A stretch of DNA of 64,000 nucleotides from Camelus ferus (lineage: Eukaryota), in the NCBI RefSeq assembly GCF_009834535.1, contig NC_045696.1, forward strand, positions 80,540,001 through 80,604,000. The letters are read 5' to 3'. Under the pieces are notes generated by a model. That model had not been told where the DNA came from, searched no databases, and saw nothing but the letters and a program-made list of their open reading frames with translations. Of the stretch, positions 50,556-62,803 are shown piece by piece (positions within the stretch are counted from its first letter, which is position 1; the number at the start of each line of letters is the position of its first letter). Made by a program: the position numbers and the translations under genes.

Positions 50556-53500
50556 CAGTCTTAGATCTTTCCTAATGCTGTATATATAAGCTAAATATAT
50601 TCTGTACCTCAAAAACACTTCTCAGGCCGAACAGATCCTCTAGAGTCACCCTCCCTATATCACTGTATTTCCTATTCTACCCACACAACTCTCCCTTCTA
50701 ACCAGTGTGGTAACGCTCCAGGGAGCATGTGACCACTGAAATTTTGTTCTTGTTACTCTCCTCTTTCCTAGAACATCCACTCATTCTGTCCAGGTCTTAT
50801 CTGCTGCTTAAATTAGACACCTCAAGATTACTCCAACTCACAATGACCTCTAAGAACCCTTTGGGCCTTTGTCTCAAGAGTGAAAGGAGGGTGAAGGACT
50901 GCTGGACTTTCTTCCACATCTGATGGCTTGAGCATCTCTAAAGATTCAAGAGACACTCAAGGCCAGGACCCTTTCCTCCATTCGGTTCACTTATTACATC
51001 CAAATACTGTGTCTTATGCAACTTTCTCCCCTATCTGATGTAGGGGGAAATTAAATAACTTGATGAAGAATTTTCTTTTCTAAGACTGGAGAATGTGTAC
51101 CTATTAAAAGGTCCTCAGGATACTGGTGTAAGGCACTGGCATGTGGTACTCACTCACATGTTTGATGAATTCCTTAATACCTAAGAAGCCACTCCTTTAA
51201 GTTCAGTTTATTCATACTTCTGGGTTTGCTGAGGTATCTAAACAGATCTTCAGCGTGGGGAGACCTGTCACTTCTGTACTGCTTCTGTCTGACACACGAG
51301 GTTTGCTGTTCTTTTCCAAGAAGACACTACCACCCCCTCTCAAAGAGACCTGTAGTGTGCATTGGTTTTCCTGTTAGAGACGACGGCTTTACAGAAGCAT
51401 TTGAGAGAAAAGTCCTTAAGGTCAGAGGTCCATGCCATGGTCATGAAACGAACAAAGAAAACTGGCCCATCTTGTAAATAATAATCTGCAATCTTATTCT
51501 CTGAAGTAAAGCCATTCATCTCTGCCCCCAACCCATACACACAACACAAGGTCAGTGAAATGCCAGAGCACTCCAGCTGATATTCCTGGAAGGAACACAA
51601 TTTTGAAAATTGCTCTTCAGTGATTACTCGTGAAGATGAACAAACACAAATTCCACATGTGCTAAAATAAAAGCCAACTTTCTGAAGACGCTAGTAAGTT
51701 TTGTATCACATTTGATAGGTATATATAAATATATACATTCTTATATTTCTAGCAACTGTAGTGACAAGGTTAATTCCATAAAGCTAAAATTAAGATGCTC
51801 CAAAACAAATATATACAAACACAAACACATACATACATGTATATAAATATATATATATACTCTTTAGAACACTGGGAAGTTACAAAGTGCTTGATACTAC
51901 AATGCCCATTCCTAAATCTAAAAAAAAAAATCAGATTACTGTAATTTCTAATAATTTTTTCAGGTGTTTGCTAATTATGGAAAAATTTGCACCTCTTTAA
52001 AACTGCAGCCTCTTTTCACATTTTAATATTAAATAAATAAAAATCTTGATAATTCAAAATAATTGAGAAACATCCCATTTAAACATATGAAAAGAAGCAT
52101 CTACAACAAATTTAAATGAGGCTCAAACTTTCAAGAGCATCGCCAAGTGGAGCTCCTACCTGCTCTACTTAACAGATAAGACATACTTGTACCTCTAACA
52201 ATTGCTACTTTAAAAAAATATTTTCCCAAGCACTTCAGAAAAGTTTTATTTCATTCTATTCCCTCTCCCCAGCTCTATAACCCCTGCCTTATTTCAGTAA
52301 ATTTCCCAAACTCTTCATAGTCACTGAAGAGATTACTGGGATGAAGAATTAAATTAGCTACATTATCCTCAGTACCTAGATAAAACAAGGTATAGAATGA
52401 CTTAGTTTTAATTTTGTGAGCTGAACCCTAAGTAAGGATATCATTTCAGTTTATTTTCACAATCCTATCCTGTGACATGAGAAGTCAAAGTGATAAAAAA
52501 GAAAAAACTACACTTGAGAATCAGGAAACCTGGGTTATTCTGATTCATTTAAGAACTTTTTCTGTGTTCTAAGCACAAATCCCTCTCCAGCTTCTTAACG
52601 TAGCTGTTTGGTGACAGCCCCAGTTTTTTTCTCACATGCCCACTCCGATTGATTCGGTGCCTGTCTGCCCTGCAGTGCTGAGAAAGACTCACTGCCCTGG
52701 CACAGTGATAATTAGACATGGCTGCCAAGGTAGTGAAATTAAAGACTGTGCAGATCCATGTCACATACTTGCCATCCACTGGTTAGAAAAAGCACCAGGG
52801 ACCACTCCACTCGATTGTTCAACCAAGAAATGCAGTAGCAGAAAAGAGGAGATACACTTGATGCTGGACAAGTTGTAGACACAAAGCCTCTGATCTCCAC
52901 CTCTAATATGTTTATCATTTCAGAGACAATATTTATGTCTGAGAATTCAAAATTGACTAATATTGTAAAATTTTAATCAACACTTAATAATTACGATATT
53001 AGGATTAAGCACAACTACTCAGCTCATTTTACAGACATCACATCTGACAGATACTACAACCAGAGCACTACTATCAATGAATAATACATGTTGAAATCAC
53101 ATGTATGATTGAGATCACATAAAGCAGAGTTGACAGAGCTGCAAATTCATTCCCTCAGTTTTCCAAATATTTATTGGGTGTCTTATGAGCCTGGCACTAT
53201 GCAGACACTGGAAATCCAGTTTTGCACATTTGGCTAACTTTGTAATTGGGTTAAGATTTCAAAAGACCTTCAAATAACAAATAGTGAGATTTTCAAACTT
53301 CCATCCCCCTGATCTTTACAAGACAGCCTTATTGAGACTTTTTAAAAATGTTCCAAAATCCTCTGTCAAAGGTATTTAAGACATTGCTACGACTGAAATT
53401 AAAATCTAAAATCATCATACTGCTTGAGGGCTTAATAAATCTGACATTCAACTTGGGTGTGGTATATGTTGCCACCTACCCCCTACCTTCAATCAACTGA

Positions 53501-53989
53501 TAATTCAGTACAGACTGTCACAGGGAAATCCTCCAAATCTCTGCAGACGGCTGTGCCACATCGCATTCTGTCGCCAACATTCACTAATGAATTCTTACTG
53601 TTTTTTTCCAGGGTTTAAGAAAATCCTGTAGTAAAACATCTTGCCCTAATCTTATACTGTACCCCTGTAACATATATTCTAAAAGATGTTTTCATGCATT
53701 CATTATTCATCTATTTAATTCAGAAATTAGAATTAGTAAAATAAATAATTTGTTCTAAACTAATTTTTACTTATGCAAAGTCCTATGGGTATCACTCACT
53801 GTGAGTTTAAAAAGCTCACAGTACAGTGAAAATACTATTCATTCAAAGCTAATTGTGTGAAATTCAACACCATGTCAAGTCAGCTCTCTCTCAATGCCTT
53901 TTCTGTCCATAAGAAAGCTACTTTCCCTATCAGTTAAACCAGAACCCTGAATATTATTTGGCCATTGTCTATACATCTTAAAAGTCTTA

Positions 53990-54129
53990 GTAAACAATCT
54001 TATGGTTACCAGGGAAAGGGGGTGGGAAAAGATAAATTTGGGAGTTTGAGATTTGCAAATGTTAACCACTATATATAAAAATAGATAAAAAACAGATTTC
54101 TTCTGTATAGCACAGGGAAACATTAAAAA
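53990..54129 (+). mobile_element. Young L1 3'UTR fragment (140 bp) with a 10-bp TSD
   Basis: aatcttatggttaccagggaaagg...gataaatttgggagtttgagatttgcaa...ctgtatagcacaggga. TSD aaaagtctta at 53980-53989 and 54130-54139. Confidence 0.88.
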
Positions 54130-54429
54130 AAAAGTCTTACTGCTGGATAAATATCTTCCGTGCAAGCTAATCACTTTAAACATCACATACTTTTTAGAAT
54201 GCTGTCAACACAAATATCACTCTCACAACAGCTACCTTTTGTAGAATTTACTTTAAAATCAGTTTCTAAATGATCAATTACATGTCAAAATATCCCTGTG
54301 AAGATTCAGATTTGTGCAATTTGCTGTATGTAAACTATACGCCAATTTTTTAAATATGTCACAAGGAATTCTAGCACTGCATACATTGCCTGAAATCTAC
54401 ATAATATGAGGAAAGAGGATCTCGGTGGC

Positions 54430-54575
54430 AATCTGGAGATTTGGGTTTAATTTGTTTTATTATGAATATCAGCTGTGCGACTTAGGTTTCTCAGAGGCTT
54501 CATGTATCTGCAACACGATGTGGTTGGACTAGATGATCTGCAAATTCCCTTCCAGTTCTAAATTCTGTGATCCTA
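54430..54575 (+). mobile_element. MIR3-like fragment
   Basis: ggttggactagatgatctgcaaattcccttccagttctaaattctgtgat. Confidence 0.65.
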
Positions 54576-56408
54576 ATGTAGTAGTTTCACTAACTTGGGA
54601 TCAGAGTCATAAATAAAGTTCTAGCTGAAAGAAATTTTCCCTAGAAAGTACTTTGTTTAGCCACATATCTTTAAAGAAAACTTACAATAGCCATACAACA
54701 TTCACTCAGGTCACACCTTGAACAATAAGCATCTTTAGGCTGCAGCCTTTTCCAGGGACAAGATGTGGTAAACACTTCCCCGGTTCTAAGCTTCTCATTA
54801 CTTACTCTGAGGTGATGAATGGTAAAAATGTCAAGATCCAAAGGCAGCAGTAGTACACACTACACTACCCTTACTGCCATCGTGGATGGCAACCTACAGA
54901 TCTCTGAATGAGGTCAGCCCAGGGCCCTTAAATTCTCCCGCAGCCTTCATGTGGTACAAGAAGACTGCAAATGGAGAATCATTTAATCCTTTGTAGCCCC
55001 TGGCAAATACCAAAGATTCCAAATCATATTTTTACATCAGCATTAACTTTTCCACCAAGAGGGTTTGATTTCTCTTGCAGCATGTTACAACCTATTTTAA
55101 TTCCAAAAACACAACCTTAGCACTTAAAATTCACAATAAAATTTTTAAGGTTTTTTTTTTTAAAGTCAGCAGCACCTTCAAGATTATCTAATCCACCCCT
55201 TATTTTTGAGAGGTCATACCACTGATTAACGGAAGAGTTAAGGTCTCTTGCCTCTCAAATCACTTCAAATTTCTAAGTGTATGTTCTACCTAAGTTTATA
55301 AAGGAAACCTAACCAAGTTATAAGCTCTTTACAACACCCACACATATATACACCCACTCTTACTTATCAAATTCCAAAAATGTTAATTATCCCACTGTCT
55401 TTCCCCCAGTCCATTAGGTTCTATCTACGAAGTCCCAAACCAGGCCAACTACTGAAAAAACAAGTATTATCTATGTTAGTCACTGTAAGTTTCCCCCCCA
55501 AAAAAAACAACAGGATAAGAAAAAGATGGCTACACCTGCAGTGGGAGCTGACAGCACAGGCATGGTAAGTTACATGCTTTAACTAGAAGCATACGACCCA
55601 AAAAATAGGAAATCAATATAGATATATTTGTTTTCTAAACAAAAGAAAGATGACTCAAAACTATCCTCTACAGTCCATCTGGATTCTACACTAAGTCTTA
55701 GCCATGTCACTGCCTGATGTCTCTGGGAGTAGCCTGGAAGAAATGTAACTGCAAACCCAAGTAAAGGTGAGGGCAACAGATAAACCCATTTGGAAACAGG
55801 AACCAACTACATGTGGTATCTCTGGTTTTTTCTAAGTGCATCCAAGGTGATAGTTTCCAAACTATATGCCGTAGAACAAATATTCTGCTTCATGCTGATA
55901 ACGTCTTATGTTAAAAAGGAATTCTGCTGTCAAGTAAGCTTGAGAATTCTGGATTGAACAGCCAGAGGTTCTTTAATGCTGGACTTTAAAGAACTAATAT
56001 GAGAATCTCTCCAGGGTCAAACTTTTCTGAACACACAAACTTTTCCCAAGGACTGCTGTTCACTGCTCAAGCTACTTAATTATTTTCAACTCTCCTAATG
56101 AAGTTATGTGAAATCTTTATTTTACAGAGATTAACTAATGATATGTTAGCAGCACTTCACTTACACTTTCTTCATGGAAGAATTTAGCCCAATCTTTAGG
56201 TAAAGAGTCAAAGAAAATTGGATTCAATGGTTAGCTCTGTAATCAAACAAGGAATTCAAGAATCTAAAGGACTGCACAATCTTATTCACCTATATAATGA
56301 CAAAAATATAAGTCATATTTCCACATTAAGCATGATTTGAAATTGTGTAGTTACTCAAGTTTCCTCTAGGAAGAGTATGCCCTTTGTCCTTCTATTAAAA
56401 GGGATCCA

Positions 56409-56534
56409 GGGGATAGCTCAGTGGTATAGTGCATGCCTAGCATGCATGAGGTCCTGGGTTCAAAAAAAAAAAAAAAAAAAACCCCAAACCTAATCACCTC
56501 CCTCTTATTAAAAAAAAAAAAAAAAAAAAAAATT
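56409..56534 (+). mobile_element. Vic-1-like tRNA-derived SINE with a bipartite poly(A) tail
   Basis: ggggatagctcagtggtatagtgcatgcctagcatgcatgaggtcctgggttc(A)n cccc aaacctaatcacctccc tcttatt (A)n. Imperfect TSD aagggatcca / aagagatcca. Confidence 0.9.
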
Positions 56535-57264
56535 TAAGAGATCCAAAGCTCAATTTTTCAAGTCTTTAAGGAAAAAACAAACCTAAAACATCCACTTTTC
56601 CTGGATGAAGTATCACTTTTTCCAAACACTTTTCTACATTTTTTGCATTTCCTGCCACTTATTACAAATAGAAAAATACAATCTCCTTAGACAGAAAATA
56701 GTACAAATAGAGAATATACACCTTTAGAGCCCTTCAAACACTGCACCTGAGCACTCAGCAATGTGGCCACACACTTTCAACATCTGAACCCATCAGGCAG
56801 TAGCCGTTCAACAAAGGAAGCATTTTTCCCAGTCTCACATTCCATGCTACCCCGTCCACTGAAGTTCATTCTTCTAAGTCTTGAGCCACTATCTCTTCCC
56901 TGTCGCATACCGCCAGCAATCCTAACTACCATCATAAGAAGTCTAGACCTGAAAGAAGCGGACGTCTTAGATAATCATCACATCGAGGGGCTGCGAGGCT
57001 CAAACACCTAACTGCCGCACAAGTGAAGTGGTTTACCTTCCTTGTTTCCTCGTTTGGAAAACATGGCTACAGAGAAATATTTCTTCATATTTAAAAACTT
57101 AAAAATTAAACTGCACATGATGAAAAAGAACAGCTGGCAGTCAGCCTAGTATCTAGGAGTCAGCAGAGAGCGGCGCGGACCACTGCAAAGAGAGCAAATG
57201 CCCCTGTCTGAACAGCAAGGTGATGCCGGGCTCACGCCCTTCACTGCCACACAGGGACCCAAGC

Positions 57265-57410
57265 CCCTGCTGCCAGGTTTTCATGAGAAACCAGAAATCC
57301 TGTTTTATATGAAACCCCTTAATTTTCAAATGTTGCTTCCATATTTTAAAAAACACTGCAAAGCCGAAAACAAAATCTGCTGCAGGCCATGTCCCCCTGT
57401 CCAGTTTACA
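57265..57410. mobile_element. Old hAT-Charlie MITE fragment (MER103-like); a related degenerate copy lies at about 24255-24435
   Basis: gagaaaccagaaatcctgttttatatgaaacc...ttttcaaatgttg...aaaaacactgc resembles the recalled consensus. Confidence 0.45.
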
Positions 57411-57544
57411 GATTAAACCTGATCCTATCAGATGAGACGATCAGTGTTACCCAGAGATGTCCAATCGCTTGCCCAAAGCTGGAAACATTATCTAAGAACT
57501 CTCATTGATCTACAGCGCCAGGTATGATAATATACCACGTGCCG

Positions 57545-57760
57545 ATTCATTTAATGACCAAATTTACTCAGCACCTACAAGAGGTTAGATGCTGTTCCAG
57601 ACATTGGTAATTCACCAGTGCACAAGAGAAACAAAAAGATAAAAAACCCTTGTTCTGGCCGAGTTCACATTCTAGTAAGGCAAAACAAGCCATGAAAGTA
57701 ACAAGTTGTGTAGTACGTAAGAAAGTGACACTTAAAAAAACAGAGCAGGATAAGCAGACT
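57545..57760 (-). mobile_element. L2 3' fragment
   Basis: attcatttaat...atttactcagcacctac...gagttcacattctagt. Confidence 0.65.
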
Positions 57761-60644
57761 TAAGAGCACTACAGATTTAGTCTCATGTCTTACAAGGGTT
57801 TTATTTGGGGCCAAAATCTTTTCTAAGCAGTAAGAAGCCTAACCCAGCTCACATGTAACCACGGGGCAAAGTAAGTTTTGTAGAACTCAGTTTCTTTATC
57901 CATAAGACAAAGATGTTATTACCTGACCCAGCTAGTGCCCGTTATAGTAAGACAATCTTTAGTTACTGTTGAGAAAAGTGAACATATAATATTTTAGTGC
58001 TAGATTTATGAGGCAGTATTATGATTCTTTCTAGACATTCAGAATACCTCTTAAATGTCCCACATACTTAGATTCTGATTCTTCAAAAGCAAAAAGTAGC
58101 CACTAAAATCATTAACATTTCCTCTCCCTTCTAATGTTGCCTGATCCAATGGCCAAAGAACTATGGCCACCTCTGTGAACTCCGGCTGGGCTAGAAGGAC
58201 ACTGTAAAAAGGAGGCTTTTACTCTTGTATGCCTCCCTATTGTTTGGGGGGAAACTTTTTCTTTTTTCTTTTTTTTTTTTAAATAAAGAGTACAAATAAC
58301 TTTTCTAAAAAATAAAAAAATAAAAACTAAAAAAGCAAAGCACCTCAAGGCCACAATGCAGTGAAGAAACAGCCAAACCTGTGCCTGGGTTCACACAGCT
58401 ACCACTTTCATTTCACAAGAGACGTATGGATTGAACAGTGTAGAAACGAGATTTAAAATCCCTGATGTTTTCTGGTTGTGATCATTTATAATGTGATCTG
58501 ACCACATCCTGAAATAGCACAATAAGATGTCAATTTCAGAAGGAATAAAGTTATGCTCTTCATATTTTCCTCCCATTTTCATTCTTCTGATTATCCAGCA
58601 CTTACCAATTTCTCTTACTATGAATTTGCTTTTTAACAGTTGCATAATGTCCTTTACTATCTGTGAGGTTGCCACTAATGTGTTTTATTCGATCATGTCT
58701 TCCTTACAGCATCCAAATGGACAGAAATTACAGGACACTGTCATTGTGAGACAGTTTCCCACGTCATGCCAGGTATGCTAAAAAGGCAAAGCCCTGACCA
58801 TTTTTGTCCAGGCTATTTCTCAGAGTTCTGTTTACAGTGAACAACCTTGTCAGATGGGATAGTGGCTCTCCTCTGGACAAAAGCAGGTTCACTTACTGCG
58901 TGCTACAAAAGCCCTGGCTTCCCCAAGCGTAGTGTCCCTCAGCAGAACCACAATCCCACTGTGTACACAGTTCCACCTGGACGCTCCACATCACCCTGTG
59001 GGACTTAGGAACAAGGAGGAACTGACGCAAGCATGCTGGCGCTCATGCTGTTTGGTATGCTCCTGTCTGTGGTGCCAGAGTCCCTTGTCTCCTGTCAGCG
59101 ATGATCAAACAGCAACAGGGTCACCAGTAGCTTAGTGTAAAATCAAACCTAGACTCAACAATGTCAAATCAAGTTGAAGAATCACGTATTTATTCAGAGA
59201 TGTCATTCTTAGTAAGCTTATGTACAACATTTGCAAACCCTCTGGCTATAAATGCAAGCCCAATTTCCTCTGTGCTTTATCACTGGTGTACACAAACACA
59301 TACACATGCTATTGTGGAAGATCTCATTCCATGTTAGGTTTCAGAAATGATTAATAAACTCCAATGGAATCCAGCCGTCACTAATTCATCACCTCTCACT
59401 TCTAAATGAAGTAACCAGAGAGCTACATCTGGATGTGAACCTGGCATTTCCAATCAAGTCTTCCACCCTCTCTCCCTCAGCTCAGGCCACTTCAGAAAAC
59501 AGCAGAGGCAGTCCTAGGAAGAGTCCTAGAAGTCCAGATTAAGTCAGACTTCTCTGGGCCTGACTCTGTTTACCCACAAAGCAAGAGGGCTGGACAAGAA
59601 GGACTCGTCTCTTTTTCTAGTTATAATCCTAATGATTCCACATTCAGCCTATACATGGATGGAACATTCTTTGCTGCTTTGTTCAGTGCTGGAGTGGTTT
59701 ATGAAGTGTGGTCCTGCTGAAAAGCTGGAGAATGAACTAGATGTCCTCTCAAGATGCCTCCTGGCCCTATAATCCCATGATGTGCTTATAATGGAATTTG
59801 GCTGTCCTTATAATTAGAAATGTAGCTTGCCGGTCACACATCTGGATCAGATAAATCTTCACAAATAGCATTTCACCAGAAGCAGAAATGCCAAGCATAT
59901 AACAGATGTGCTGTTACATCAGCCTTGCAAATAACAAGGAATACTATTTATCCATAGAAAGTAAATGACTACAGCAGACAGGAATAAAGCTGACTTTATT
60001 CAAATTATTTCGGGGTAGGAGAAATGTTTATAAGAGAAAAAATATATATTCGTCAGGCTTTCATATTAATTTACAAGACTGGTACAGAAAAGAATTCCCA
60101 CACATAAAAGATTGCAAATTCCAAAACACTATTTCCTTACTTCCTGCAATCCTAGTTAATGATGAGTTTCTTGTTATTGAACTTTTGTAAATGTAATAGG
60201 CTCCTCTGACTTGCATGTCAACATATCACATGGAACCCTGAACCTAATCCACAATTAAGTATTATCAAAGTGTCAAATGTACTCTGGGAATATTTACACC
60301 CATAGAAAATAAATGTGTTTCAAGTTAACAATTAATTTCACTCAACCAATGTGCTGGATAATATGAAACAAGAGGAAATTATTTCCCTAAAAAGAAATAA
60401 ACACTCTTCCTAGCCAATTAGGTAAGCATTAACTACCTTACACTTTGAAGCTCATTTCTGAAACCCAAAAACTTAATGTGCTAATCTAATTGCTCTGAGG
60501 AACTGACAAAAGGCGTGACTAATTGCAAACAGGTATGAATACAAAATCTGTCACCTATTACTAACTTTACCAACACAGCCACTCAACCTTCTAATTTACA
60601 AGACTGCTCACAATTTTATTTTCCACATTCAAAAATGTATTCAG

Positions 60645-60833
60645 ATGTTGGGTGATAACAATGTGTCAATGTAGAGTCATCAATTATAACAACTGTACCA
60701 CTCTGGTGGGGGAGATTGATAATGGGAGAGGCTGTGCATGTGCGGAAGGTAGGGAGGCATGTGGGAAATCTCCATGTCCTCCTCTCAATTTTGCTGTGAA
60801 CCCCAGACTGCACTAATAAAAACAAAGTCTTTA
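60645..60833 (+). mobile_element. L1MC-like 3' terminal fragment
   Basis: gtgtcaatgtag...tgtaccactctggtggggga...gggaaatctc...ctcaattttgctgtgaacc. Flanking near-repeat aatgtattcag / aatgtagtcag. Confidence 0.85.
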
Positions 60834-62712
60834 ACAATGTAGTCAGTACATTACATAGATTTTAAAAGACAGAAAATAACTTTCATATCAAATAAATGCC
60901 TTTGTTACAATGTCTACATGGAACAAGTTCCTAAGATTTTCACCTATAAACTGTAAAACCCAGTAAGTCACTTTACACAGTCACTTTTCACACACAAACA
61001 TAAAAATCCCCACAATATTAGTATAACTACCATTACCTCAAAATTCCAGACTCAAGTCAGTAAGGTTTGCTCTGTGTAAAGAAAAAACAAAGAGAACAAA
61101 GATCAAAGAGCCAGTGAGACAAAAGAAATACCACAGAAACCAGGGTTACATTTCTGATTAGTGGAAAAAATAGTGATGATTGGGAGAGGTAAAAACAGAA
61201 GCAAATTTCTGTGGTTGCTAAATGGGAGAATCCAAAAGGTAACCTGACTCTTACTTCACATTTTCCTCATATTAACTGAAAACTACTAGTAACAATCAGT
61301 GTCTTTGACTCAATCCTGAAAGTAGTACACAGATAAAAAAGTTGACCGACTAGACAGATGAATCTTTGAAAAACTACTATAAATCACAACTTTCAATCTT
61401 TATGCAGCAACTTTTAAACTAAAACATTAGACTAAAATGACACCCTGATGGTTAGTTAATCAATTCTCAAAAAAGCATTAATACACTATTTCCAAACACT
61501 GGGAAACAACTTAAGCAACTGAAGTTCTCAGCTGATTCTAATTTCTAAGGAAATTCATATAAAAAAGATGAGTTAGAACTTCAAACTACCTAACAGCTAG
61601 ATGCAGAGAATCTAACAGACATTTATTTTATGTGTAATCATGGAATGTCCTTAATAAACACATTCAATTCAAGGTGTAACTAACTCCTCTTTGGGGCCTC
61701 AGTGAACGACAACCATCAAATTACAGGTGAGAGCTGGGCCTTCTGGCTTTACGCCAAAGTGAAACAGCAGGTGCGGGCAGCTTCCATTCCTTCAAGGGTA
61801 CTGCCAAAACTTGAAGATTCAAAAGGATGCCTTTGAGCTGAAGGGTGAGAGCTCTCAGGATAAGGCAACAGTTGAACCACACTCAAGCTCAATAGTCAAT
61901 TCACGAGACGTCTGATCTTCCGAAGCCCTGGACACAAGGCAGTTAATGAAACTGGGTAGCCTCCCTTTTAAATAATTCTTTCAGGTAACTGAATGTCATT
62001 AGCACTAGGCCTAAGAGTGAAGCATGAACTTTTCATAAGATAAAACTTGTTCGTATTTTAGATTTTGCCACAGCTCTGTTTTCTTGATTTAGGGGTTTAA
62101 ACAAATTCCTAATACATCCTTTAAAAAAAGAAAAACAATAACTGGCTTTATTTATTCATCTTTTTCTCTTTCTCCACCCTCTATTATCTTAATGTCATTC
62201 TTTTGTCTTAGGACCCTGTTTGTGATTTCCATTTTAAAACCAAGCATTCGAGATTTTCCACAGCCACACAGACAAGGTTTCAGTTCCCGAGGCTGCCAAG
62301 CCCACAGCTAGTCCAGCGGTGCAAAAATCCACCCTCTTATCTTTTTTCTTCCCCAAAGAAATAGTTTCTGCCTCCACGCTTTTTCATTTCCAGGAACAAT
62401 ACTTCTCTCATGACAAGCAGAGACCCAAAAAATAAGGCGCAGCACTGATCAGAACTCAGTCTTGCTCCCCTCCCCGAACAAACACCTCACTTTAAAAACT
62501 GCTCTAGGTCCTTTCTTTCCTTACTAGAAACTGAATTTCATCATCTTAAAGGATATCGACAATTTCCCAGATCGTGGCTGTCCAGGCATTATTTACCATC
62601 TCCACAAACTTCTGTGTATATACAACTGAGTGCGAACGTAAGACCTTGACAATGGCAACACAGGAATACCCCCAAGATGCCTGTTTTGATGGGAAAAACG
62701 TCCTGACTGCTA

Positions 62713-62738
62713 AAATAAATAAATAAATAAATAAATAA

Positions 62739-62774
<36 letters not shown>

Positions 62775-62803
62775 ATATTAAAAAATTAAAATTAAATTAA
62801 ATT
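62713..62803 (+). repeat. Compound (AAAT)n(AGAT)n(AAATT)n microsatellite
   Basis: Read directly from the sequence. Confidence 0.95.

Noticed and set aside
57160..57175. CTCF-like motif tcagcagagagcgg
   Set aside because: It has mismatches at core positions and is within chance expectation for 64 kb.
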